Below, one piece after another: positions 9,773 through 17,976 of a DNA stretch of 64,000 nucleotides. The DNA is taken from the NCBI GenBank assembly GCA_963733295.1, contig CAVTCS010000003.1:1728001-1792000 (forward strand). Reading direction: 5' to 3'. The stretch comes from Vulcanimicrobiota bacterium. Lineage in GTDB: Bacteria > Vulcanimicrobiota > Vulcanimicrobiia > Vulcanimicrobiales > Vulcanimicrobiaceae. Numbering within the stretch: the first letter of the stretch is position 1; every line of letters starts with the position of its first letter. Under the pieces are notes generated by a model. It searched no databases and was not told the origin of the DNA. It saw only the letters and a list, made by a program, of their open reading frames with translations. Position numbers and translations under genes: made by a program.

Positions 9773-10593
9773 GGCGTTATCGTGCGCTCGTATTCGACGA
9801 CCGCCGGCCCTTCGAGAAACGCCGGATTACCCGGCTCCCAACTGACCGCCAGTAAACCGCCCGGAACGACGACCATCGCCGGATTGCGGAGTGCGCCACG
9901 TTTGATGAACGCGGCGGCGCTGGCCACCGCCCCGGTGCCACATGCCTTGGTGACGCCGACGCCGCGCTCGTAGTGCCGTACGGTAAGCGTCTTGCGTCCC
10001 GTCTGCTCGACGAAATGAACGTTCGTCCCGTCTGGAAAGCGCTCGTGCGTGGCCAGAGCGGCGCCCAGATTTTCGACGTCGACCGACTGCACGTTCGGCA
10101 CCGGAACCACGATGTGCGGATTGCCCAGCGAAACCGCGACGTAGGTCCAGGTGCGGTCGGCGAGCGTGATGCTCTGCTCTTCCCCGTCGTCTGGGAACTC
10201 CGGCACGCCCATATTGACCAGCACCCAGTATTCGTCGCGCTGGCGCGAGAGGATTTTCGTTTCGATTGCACCGGCGCGCGTCACGATCGTAAAGGCTTCA
10301 CCCGAGCCGCGTTCCGCCAGGTAGCGGGCGACGCAACGCACGCCGTTGCCGCACATCTCCGCTTCGCTGCCGTCGGCGTTGAAGATCCGCATCGCGGCGT
10401 CGCCGGATTCGCTGTCGAGCACCACGAGCAAACCGTCGGCGCCCATCCCGCTGCCCCGGTCGCAAATCTCGCGCGCCAGCCGTTCGTAGTTGTCGTAGTG
10501 GGGCGGCCGCTCGTCGAGGAGCACGAAATCGTTTTGCGTTCCGTTCATCTTGACGAACGTCGAGGGCCAGATGTCGCTCAGCGTGACGTTCAC
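9769..10593 (-). CDS. dapF: Diaminopimelate epimerase
   Basis: NADGSEAEMCGNGVRC, GNPH and ERGVGVTKACGTG catalytic motifs. Confidence 0.97.
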   Translation of the reverse strand: MNVTLSDIWPSTFVKMNGTQNDFVLLDERPPHYDNYERLAREICDRGSGMGADGLLVVLDSESGDAAMRIFNADGSEAEMCGNGVRCVARYLAERGSGEAFTIVTRAGAIETKILSRQRDEYWVLVNMGVPEFPDDGEEQSITLADRTWTYVAVSLGNPHIVVPVPNVQSVDVENLGAALATHERFPDGTNVHFVEQTGRKTLTVRHYERGVGVTKACGTGAVASAAAFIKRGALRNPAMVVVPGGLLAVSWEPGNPAFLEGPAVVEYERTITP

Positions 10594-10868
10594 GGCATCT
10601 CCCGGGCGTCGGCCTCAAGGGCCGCACCGAAGACGAACGGGCCTGCCGGAGAGATGGTTGAGACGGCGTGCTTGTAGATCAAGTGCAGACGGTGCTCGTA
10701 GTCGAGAACGATCGTGAAGGCGTCGAAGCCTTTCACCGTTCCCTTCAGCTGAAACCCGTTTACGAGGTAAACGGTGACCGGAACCGCTTGCCGCTTTGCC
10801 TCGGCCAGGTACGAGTCTTGCAGCGCGGCGGAGCGCGTCTGAGGTTGCACTCCGTCTCGAGGGGACAT
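10590..10868 (-). CDS. hfq: RNA chaperone Hfq
   Basis: LQDSYL...VTVYLVNGFQLKGTVKGFDAFTI...LIYKHAVSTI; directly after miaA. ATG at 10868 chosen as start. Confidence 0.96.
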   Translation of the reverse strand: MSPRDGVQPQTRSAALQDSYLAEAKRQAVPVTVYLVNGFQLKGTVKGFDAFTIVLDYEHRLHLIYKHAVSTISPAGPFVFGAALEADAREMP

Positions 10869-10878
10869 GTTCGCGGCT

Positions 10879-11787
10879 TCAGGCCCATCCCGGTATTTCC
10901 CTCGCCAAGCGACTAAGCGTCTCGAGCGCATCGTGATGTGGAACGCTCCGCGTGCCCGGCTCGCCTCGAAACCACGTGCGCTGACGCTTTGAGTAGCGGC
11001 GGGTCGAGCGGATCAGATGCCGCCGAAGTTCTTCGGCACTTGAGTATCCGGCGAGATAGGCCAGCGCCTCGGGATACCCCACGGCGTCGGCAGCGACCGC
11101 ATCGGCGCCGATACGCTCCGCCTCCTCGAGAAAGCCGCCGGCCAGCATCGCGTCGACCCGGGCCTCGATGCGTGCGTCGAGGATCTCTTGCTCGACTTCG
11201 AGGACGGCTTTGTGGAAGGTGGGGAAAGGCGTCTCGCGATCGGCCGCGACCGGCAGATCCTCCCGGAGGTTCGAGCCGAGCGCGATCTCGAGCGCGCGAA
11301 CGACGCGGTAGCGGTCGCGCGGCACGATCGCTGTGGCTCGCTCGGGAGCGCGAACCGTCAGCCAGCCGTGCAGAAACTCCGGATCGTGAAGGCGCGCCTC
11401 GCGCGCCAACCGGTCGCGCAGCGCCGCGTCGAACACATCCGAAAGTTCGACGTCGCCGCTGAGCGCGCGAATGTAGAATCCGGTCCCGCCGGCGACGATC
11501 GCGCGCTTACCCCGCGCGTGGATCTCGTCGATGACGCGGCGGGCATCGTACGCGAAGCGCGCCGCGCTATAACGTTCGCGAGGATCCAGAAATTCGACCA
11601 GATGATGGCGCACGCGTGCGCGCTGCTCCTCGCTCGGGGCCGCCGTTCCGAGCGGCATGCCGCGATAGATCTGACGCGAGTCGGCGCCGACGATCTCCGC
11701 GTCGAAGCGTAGCGCCAACTCGAGCGCGAGCGCGCTCTTCCCGCTCCCGGTCGGGCCGCCCAGCACGAGAACTCCCGGCACTAGCAC
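10879..11787 (-). CDS. miaA: tRNA dimethylallyltransferase
   Basis: GPTGSGKS, DSRQIYRG, GGTGFY and YSKRQRTWF motifs. Confidence 0.97.
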   Translation of the reverse strand: MLVPGVLVLGGPTGSGKSALALELALRFDAEIVGADSRQIYRGMPLGTAAPSEEQRARVRHHLVEFLDPRERYSAARFAYDARRVIDEIHARGKRAIVAGGTGFYIRALSGDVELSDVFDAALRDRLAREARLHDPEFLHGWLTVRAPERATAIVPRDRYRVVRALEIALGSNLREDLPVAADRETPFPTFHKAVLEVEQEILDARIEARVDAMLAGGFLEEAERIGADAVAADAVGYPEALAYLAGYSSAEELRRHLIRSTRRYSKRQRTWFRGEPGTRSVPHHDALETLSRLAREIPGWA

Positions 11788-11788
11788 G

Positions 11789-13474
11789 CTAGCTGCGTTT
11801 GAACATGCGCGCGATCGCTTCGGGCTCGATGCGAACGATCGTGGGGCGGCCGTGCGGGCAGTGCATCGGATTCTCGCAGCGTCGAAGCCGCGCCAGCAGA
11901 GCCGACATCTCGCTCGGTTCGAGGGGATCGCCGGCCCGCACGACGGAGTGACATGCGAGCGAGGCCCAGACGCGTTCGCGCGCGCTCAGACCGCGCACCT
12001 CGTCACCCAGGTCTTCCAGGTAACCGCGCACGTCGAAGGCGCGCGCGGCGTAACCGGCCGGCGTCGCGCTCACGCGAAAGGTTCGCTCGCCGAAAGGCTC
12101 GGCCTCGAGTCCGGCTTCAGCCAGGTTCGGCAGCGAGGCTTCGAAACGCGCCGCGTCGTCCGCATCGAGTTCGATCGTGTACGGAATGAGCAGCGGTTCG
12201 CTGCGCGGCTCGGCGCCGCGTCGCGCGATCGTCTCGAACGCGACGCGTTCGTGCGCCGCGTGCTGATCGACTAACACCAGCGCGTCCCCGTCGGTCGCGA
12301 GGATGAACGTATCGTCGAGCTGCGCTAGGATCCGCAGCTCTTGCGGACGGGCGGGCTCGGCGGCCGCTTCCAGGTCGAAGGCCGGCGCGAGGCTTGCGCT
12401 TGCAGCCTCGGGAGCGCGCGCCGCAGCGCTTCCGTTCGGCGTACCCGGCGGCGCGAACGAGAGCGCCGCGTGGAGGCGCGAACTCGCGTCGCGCGTCAAC
12501 GTCGCGGCGATGGAACGCCGGACGCTGTCGCCAATTTCGTTCGGGTAGCGCAAGCGCACGTCGCTCTTGGTCGGGTGAACGTTCGGGTCGACGCGATCGG
12601 CGGGCACGTCGAGAACGAGCACCCCGAACGGATGGCGGTGCGCGAGGGCGAAGGTCGCATATCCGCCCGACCATGCACCGGCCATCAGGTTCGAACGCAA
12701 GAGCCGGCCGTTGACGAAGAGGTGCTGCATGCGCCGGTCGGCGCGGTCGGCGCCTGGTTTGCTGACGAAACCGCGCAACGCCACGTGCGCGTCCGGTTGC
12801 GCCACGAGCGGCAGCAAATCGCGCGCCGCAGCGTAGCCGAAAACGTGCGCGAGCCGCTGCTCGAGCGAGTTTGCTTCGGGGAAAACCCAGACGCTGCGGC
12901 CGTCGTGGGTTAGCGCAAAGGCGACCTGCGGATACGCCAGCGCAAGCGTTGCGAGAAAGTTCGAGATGCGTGCGAACTCCGCCGCCGGCGTGCGGAGATA
13001 TTCGCGGCGCGCCGGAACGTTCGCGAACAAGTCCCGGACCGTCACGCGCGTGCCCGGCGCCGCCGCGACCGGTTCCGGTGGTGCGATCGTCAGCTCGAAG
13101 GCGTCGGTCGCGTAGCCGACCTCGCCGGGGAGCGCGCGAGAAACGAGCCTCACCCGCGCGACCGCAGCGATGCTCGCCAGCCCTTCGCCCCGGAAACCGA
13201 GCGTGGCGATTTGCGTCAGGTCGGCGGCGCCGAACAACTTGCTCGTCGCGTGACGCGCGAATGCGAGCTCGAGTTCGTCCGGCGGAATGCCCGCGCCGTC
13301 GTCGACGACCTCGATCGCATCGAGACCGCCGCGCTCCGCCGTGACCGCGATGCGCAACGCGCCGGCATCCAGCGAGTTCTCGACGAGCTCCTTGACGACG
13401 GAGAGCGGACGTTCGACGACCTCGCCGGCGGCGATCTGTCCGACGGTCGTGCGATCGAGCAGCCGAATGGGCAC
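11789..13474 (-). CDS. mutL: DNA mismatch repair endonuclease MutL
   Basis: IAAGEVVERP, GFRGEGL, DPNVHPTK, endonuclease motif DQHAAHERVAFE, CPHGRP. Confidence 0.97.
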   Translation of the reverse strand: MPIRLLDRTTVGQIAAGEVVERPLSVVKELVENSLDAGALRIAVTAERGGLDAIEVVDDGAGIPPDELELAFARHATSKLFGAADLTQIATLGFRGEGLASIAAVARVRLVSRALPGEVGYATDAFELTIAPPEPVAAAPGTRVTVRDLFANVPARREYLRTPAAEFARISNFLATLALAYPQVAFALTHDGRSVWVFPEANSLEQRLAHVFGYAAARDLLPLVAQPDAHVALRGFVSKPGADRADRRMQHLFVNGRLLRSNLMAGAWSGGYATFALAHRHPFGVLVLDVPADRVDPNVHPTKSDVRLRYPNEIGDSVRRSIAATLTRDASSRLHAALSFAPPGTPNGSAAARAPEAASASLAPAFDLEAAAEPARPQELRILAQLDDTFILATDGDALVLVDQHAAHERVAFETIARRGAEPRSEPLLIPYTIELDADDAARFEASLPNLAEAGLEAEPFGERTFRVSATPAGYAARAFDVRGYLEDLGDEVRGLSARERVWASLACHSVVRAGDPLEPSEMSALLARLRRCENPMHCPHGRPTIVRIEPEAIARMFKRS

Positions 13475-13480
13475 GAAGCC

Positions 13481-15055
13481 CTATACGGCGATTGCCTGGT
13501 CCTCTCCGGCGTAGGCTCCGCGCGCGCGCGGCAAGCGAATCGTGAAGCGGCAGCCTTGGCCGGGGGCGGTATCGAGTTCGATCGTGCCGCCCGCACGCTC
13601 GACCGCGCGCTTGACGATCGCGAGTCCGAGCCCGTGCCCTTCGGTTTCGCCCCGGTTTTGACCGCGGTAGAAACGATCGAACACGTGCGGCCGGTCTTCG
13701 GGTGCGAGGCCCGGCCCGCGGTCCGAGACGAGCACGACGGCGTCCTCACCTTCGGGCCGGACATCGAGCCGAACCGGTCCGCCAGGCGCATATTTCAACG
13801 CGTTTTCGACCAGATTCGAGATCGCTTCGCGCAGCTCGTGCGAGCTTCCGTGGACGACGACCGGCTGCGCTTGCATTTCGATTCGCGCCTCGGGACGAAG
13901 CGCTTTGGCCGCAACGACGGTTTGTTCGGCAAGTTCGCTGAGGTCGACGTCCCCGAGATCCGGCGAGGCTTGCGGATTCTCGAGCCGCGCCAGCGCGATC
14001 AGCTTGTCGATCAGGGACTTCATCCGCCGGCTCTCGGTCAGCATCGTGTCGTAGATCTTGCTCGAAATTGCGGCCTCGTTCGCACTGCGCTTACGCAGGA
14101 CGTCGATGAATCCCATGATGACCGTGAGCGGCGTGCGTAGTTCGTGGCTCGCGTCCGCGACGAATTGGCGCATGTGCACCTCGACGCGGCGGCGCTCTTC
14201 GAACGCGGCGTTGACTTGCGCCACCGCTCCGTTGTACGCAAGGACGAGTTCCCCGATTTCGTTGCGAGCGGCAGCGACGACCGGGCGTGGCGTGAAGTCA
14301 CCGTCGGCGAAACGTTTGAGCGCCTCCGTCGTTTCGACGAGCGGACGCAAGGCTTGGCCCGCGATGATCCGTCCGAAGAACCACGCGGCCAGAATGACGA
14401 ACGCGCCGATCGGCAGCATCGCGATCCAGGCTGCGTTCACCGTTGAGACGAGCATCCGCGGATCGGCAACGACGCGGATCACGCCGCCAGGCACGACGAC
14501 GCTCTGCGGATCGATGTGCAAGAGCGAGTTCAAGCCGAATGGGAAGGGCGGAATGCGTTCGAAGATCGGATTGTGCGGCGGAGGACCCCCGAACGAGGGC
14601 GGCCCGTACGAGCCCGGTGCCGCGAACGAACCGGAGGCCTTATCGGTGTTCGGCGGCGCGAAGCGCAAAGGCGGCGGCCACTCGTGCGCGCGCGCGTCGC
14701 GCTGCGGCGATGCAGGGTCGTGCGGCGGTGCAAAAAACTGCGGTCCGTCGTCGTAGAAGCCGCCGCCCAAAAAATGTCGCGTCCGCCCGTCGGTCGCGAG
14801 GATCGCGACGCCGACGCCGGGCCGCACCAAATGCCGTACGATCTCGGGCGTCGCGGCAGCCAGCGTGCCGTAATGCGCTTCGGCCAGCCGCACTTCGTCC
14901 GGTGCGGCGCGCGCGACCGTCTCGACCGATTCGCGCGCTCCGATTCCGAAAACCGACAGCGCGAAGGCCGTCACCGCGACCGTCGCGACGACGACCAGCA
15001 CGATCGCCGCGAACACGTAGGATGCAACCAAACGCGTGCGCAGCGTCCGGAACAC
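13481..15055 (-). CDS. HAMP-domain sensor histidine kinase
   Basis: Two TM segments, HAMP domain, FVADASHELRTP H-box, NLVENALKY, DRGPG, GHGLGL. Confidence 0.95.
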   Translation of the reverse strand: MFRTLRTRLVASYVFAAIVLVVVATVAVTAFALSVFGIGARESVETVARAAPDEVRLAEAHYGTLAAATPEIVRHLVRPGVGVAILATDGRTRHFLGGGFYDDGPQFFAPPHDPASPQRDARAHEWPPPLRFAPPNTDKASGSFAAPGSYGPPSFGGPPPHNPIFERIPPFPFGLNSLLHIDPQSVVVPGGVIRVVADPRMLVSTVNAAWIAMLPIGAFVILAAWFFGRIIAGQALRPLVETTEALKRFADGDFTPRPVVAAARNEIGELVLAYNGAVAQVNAAFEERRRVEVHMRQFVADASHELRTPLTVIMGFIDVLRKRSANEAAISSKIYDTMLTESRRMKSLIDKLIALARLENPQASPDLGDVDLSELAEQTVVAAKALRPEARIEMQAQPVVVHGSSHELREAISNLVENALKYAPGGPVRLDVRPEGEDAVVLVSDRGPGLAPEDRPHVFDRFYRGQNRGETEGHGLGLAIVKRAVERAGGTIELDTAPGQGCRFTIRLPRARGAYAGEDQAIAV

Positions 15056-15058
15056 GCT

Positions 15059-15742
15059 TTAAGCCTCGCGCAACGAGTAACCGGCTCCGCGATGCGTATG
15101 GATCAAGCGTTTGGGGAAACCTTGGTCGATCTTCGCGCGCAGGTACGAAATGTACGTTTCGACTGCGCCCGGACCGACGTAGCGCGCCGTTCCCCACACC
15201 TGATCGAGCAACTGGTCGCGGCTGAACACCCGCTGCGGACTGCGCAAGAGCGCGACCAGCAAATCGTATTCCCGTGCCGAAAGCGAGATGTTGCGAGTTC
15301 CGCGGCGGGCGGCCCGCGTCTCGAGGTTCACCTCGAGGTCGGCGTAGCGCAGGACCTGCGGCGCAGCGAGCTTCGGACGGCGCAGCGCGGTTTCGAGACG
15401 TGCCGCCAGCTCGGCCATTTGGAAAGGCTTGGCGACGTAGTCGTCGGCGCCGCTCGAGAGGCCGCTCACCTTATCTGCAACGTCACCTTTCGCGCTGAGC
15501 ATGATAATTGGAGCTTCGGTTAACTTCCGGAACATCGGGAGCAGCGAAATGCCGTCGATCTTGGGCAGCATGACGTCGAGTACGATGGCGTCCGGACGCC
15601 ATTCACGTGCGACCTGCAAGCCGACTTGGCCGTCGGGCGCCGAGCGGACTTCGTAGCCCTCGTCGCCGAGGCCGATCTCCAGCAGTTCGCGGATATTGCG
15701 TTCGTCGTCGACGACGAGGACGCGTGCGGCAGCTTGGCTCAT
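15059..15742 (-). CDS. OmpR-family response regulator (MprA/PhoP-like)
   Basis: VLVVDDE, LDVMLP, GADDYVAKPF receiver motifs; VETYISYLRAKID recognition helix. Confidence 0.95.
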   Translation of the reverse strand: MSQAAARVLVVDDERNIRELLEIGLGDEGYEVRSAPDGQVGLQVAREWRPDAIVLDVMLPKIDGISLLPMFRKLTEAPIIMLSAKGDVADKVSGLSSGADDYVAKPFQMAELAARLETALRRPKLAAPQVLRYADLEVNLETRAARRGTRNISLSAREYDLLVALLRSPQRVFSRDQLLDQVWGTARYVGPGAVETYISYLRAKIDQGFPKRLIHTHRGAGYSLREA

Positions 15743-15767
15743 CTTACTTCGATGCTACGGTCGCTTT

Positions 15768-15834
15768 CTGAGAGAACCCTGTGAACCGCGGTCGCTCGCT
15801 TGAAACTCTCATCGCATTCTCAGTAACGTCTCAG
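15768..15834. promoter_or_regulatory. Two sets of 11-bp-phased TC(T/A)CAG boxes at a divergent promoter
   Basis: Plus strand: TCTCAT (15807), TCTCAG (15818), TCTCAG (15829). Minus strand: TCACAG-N5-TCTCAG at 15768-15784. Confidence 0.7.
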
Positions 15835-15856
15835 CCGCCACGAGCGATACTCTTGT

Positions 15857-16222
15857 ATGTTGCAGGCAACGCCCGTTCGACCCGCCGGTGCGCCACGCGC
15901 CGCCACAGCCATCGACCTCATTGGAGACTTGGATAAAACCCTCGCCACCATGTTCGGCGAAACGCTGGACGGGATCGTCTCGCGCGGCGATTCGGACACG
16001 ATCGTGAACCTCGGTAACGTCGCGGTGCTCCACGAAGAGGGTCTGGCCGCCGTGATCCGGCTGGTCGTGGAATACCGTCTGCGAGGTTTCCCGATCGCGG
16101 TACGCGCCGGCCAGCGTCGGATCCGCTCGCTGCTGAAAGCGGCCCGCATCCCGTGCGAGAGTGAGGCCGAGGGCACGCTCGGCCGCAACCGACAGGTCAT
16201 GATCGCGCGCCATATGACCTAG
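15857..16222 (+). CDS. STAS-like small protein
   Basis: IDLIGDLD...IVNLGNVAVLHEEGLAAVI...IRSLL fits the anti-anti-sigma STAS pattern. Confidence 0.65.
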   Translation: MLQATPVRPAGAPRAATAIDLIGDLDKTLATMFGETLDGIVSRGDSDTIVNLGNVAVLHEEGLAAVIRLVVEYRLRGFPIAVRAGQRRIRSLLKAARIPCESEAEGTLGRNRQVMIARHMT

Positions 16223-16229
16223 CTCCCGC

Positions 16230-17156
16230 TTGAGTGCCGGAAGGGGCGGTTCGCACCTGTATCGCTATCTCGTCGTCGACGTCTTTACCGAGGTTCCGTT
16301 TTTCGGTAATCCACTTGCGGTTTTTCCCGATGCGCACGGTCTTTCCGACGACGCGATGCAAACGATCGCGCGCGAATTGAATCTTTCGGAAACGTCGTTC
16401 GTCTTCGCGCCGGCCGACGCGCGCAACGCGGCTCGCCTGCGCATCTTTACGCCGGGACGTGAGGTCGACTTCGCCGGTCATCCGACTATCGGTACCGCGT
16501 TCGCGCTCGTTTCGCTCGAGCGCGTGCCGGCTTCGGTAAACGAGTTCGTCCTCGAAGAGAACGTCGGACCGGTGCCGATACGGCTCGAGCGGCGCGCCGA
16601 CCCGTTTCTCGCCTGGCTGCGTACGCCGCCGATTAGCTTCGGCGCGAAGTACGACCGCGCTCAAGCCGCGGCGATGCTCGGCCTGCCCGCGAGCGATCTG
16701 CTCGGCGATTTGCCGGTTCAGGAAGCGGGCGCGGGCAATCCCTTCATCTATGTTGCGCTGCGCGAGCGCGCGGCGGTCGATAAGGCCGAACTGGAGGTCG
16801 GCGCGCTGCTGCGCCTCGGACCCGACAGCGCCGCCGCCGGCGTCTTCGTTTTCGCGCCGGTCGAGGGCGGGGTCTACGCCCGCATGTTCGCTCCGCGCTC
16901 GGGAATCCGCGAAGACCCTGCAACCGGCAGCGCGACCGGGCCGCTCGGCGCGTATCTCGTGGAATACGGCTTACTCGAACGGCGCGACGGCCTTCGCTTC
17001 ACGAATGAGCAAGGCACGAAGATGCAGCGCCGGAGTTTTATTCACGGCCGCTTGAACGTGGCCGGCGGCGTGCTCGAGAGCGTCGACGTCGGCGGTAGCG
17101 CCGTGCGCCTGATCGAAGGAACGCTCGAAACGATCGGACTTAGCCGCGCTCCGTGA
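16230..17156 (+). CDS. PhzF-family epimerase/isomerase
   Basis: VDVFT...GNPLAV, ELNLSETSF, FAGHPT, EDPATGSA motifs. Confidence 0.93.
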   Translation: MSAGRGGSHLYRYLVVDVFTEVPFFGNPLAVFPDAHGLSDDAMQTIARELNLSETSFVFAPADARNAARLRIFTPGREVDFAGHPTIGTAFALVSLERVPASVNEFVLEENVGPVPIRLERRADPFLAWLRTPPISFGAKYDRAQAAAMLGLPASDLLGDLPVQEAGAGNPFIYVALRERAAVDKAELEVGALLRLGPDSAAAGVFVFAPVEGGVYARMFAPRSGIREDPATGSATGPLGAYLVEYGLLERRDGLRFTNEQGTKMQRRSFIHGRLNVAGGVLESVDVGGSAVRLIEGTLETIGLSRAP

Positions 17157-17976
17157 CGTGCCAAAGCAGCGTGACGCGCGACGGCGCGTTCGGATCCGGA
17201 CCGGGTTGAAGCGAAACGTCCACCGAGCTAAAGCGGTGCATGCGGTTCAAGCGGCGCTGCGCGGTATCCAGAGCGCTCTGCGTGACGAGCTGACCGAGAC
17301 GTAGGCCGAGTTTCTTTCGGATCAGGGCGTCGGCCGTGCGCACGTTTCCGTCGATAGCGATCGCGCCGATGCGCTGCGGCGCGATGCTATAGCGCACGTC
17401 GGCCATGCCGGTGGCGGGATCGACGCTTCGCACGTCGACGCCACCCGCGAACGAACCGACCGTCAAGTCGTGCCGGCCGAACAAGTCGCTCACACCCTCG
17501 AGATCGGCTTGCCGGAGATTGTCGGAATACACTTCGGCGCTGTGCGTCGCGAGCGCTTCGAGAAGCAGTGCGCGCGGCACGACCGGGTCGTAGTCGACGA
17601 ACACGCGGCGCACCGTGAGTCCTTCACGAATGTCCAACGTCAACGCGCCGGTGGCGGGATCGAATCGCGCGGCCAGAACGTGCGTCGGCAGCTGGCCGCC
17701 GAAACCGTGCGAGTCGTAATAGCCGTCGATCTTACGAATGTCGGCGTTGAGCCGGGCCCGGTCGAACGGTTTGTCGACGTGCGTGTCCATGAGGCCGAGG
17801 AGCGTCGCCGAAGAAATGGTGAGGTTGCCGTCGAGTTCGATCGTCTCGACAATATGCCGCGCAGTATTCGCAGCGGCAAGTGCTGACGACCCGATTTGCG
17901 GCGCGACAAACGTGCCGGCGAAGGTTGCGGTTGCAAATGCAAAAAGGAGCCCGAGGGGCCGTTTTGCCGGAGTCAT
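17140..17976 (-). CDS. Secreted POTRA-domain protein with no beta-barrel
   Basis: Signal peptide; POTRA-like units (VETIELDGN...LNADIRKI; IGAIAIDGNVRT...LNRMHRFSSV). ATGA overlap with the mutS stop. Confidence 0.75.
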   Translation of the reverse strand: MTPAKRPLGLLFAFATATFAGTFVAPQIGSSALAAANTARHIVETIELDGNLTISSATLLGLMDTHVDKPFDRARLNADIRKIDGYYDSHGFGGQLPTHVLAARFDPATGALTLDIREGLTVRRVFVDYDPVVPRALLLEALATHSAEVYSDNLRQADLEGVSDLFGRHDLTVGSFAGGVDVRSVDPATGMADVRYSIAPQRIGAIAIDGNVRTADALIRKKLGLRLGQLVTQSALDTAQRRLNRMHRFSSVDVSLQPGPDPNAPSRVTLLWHVTERG

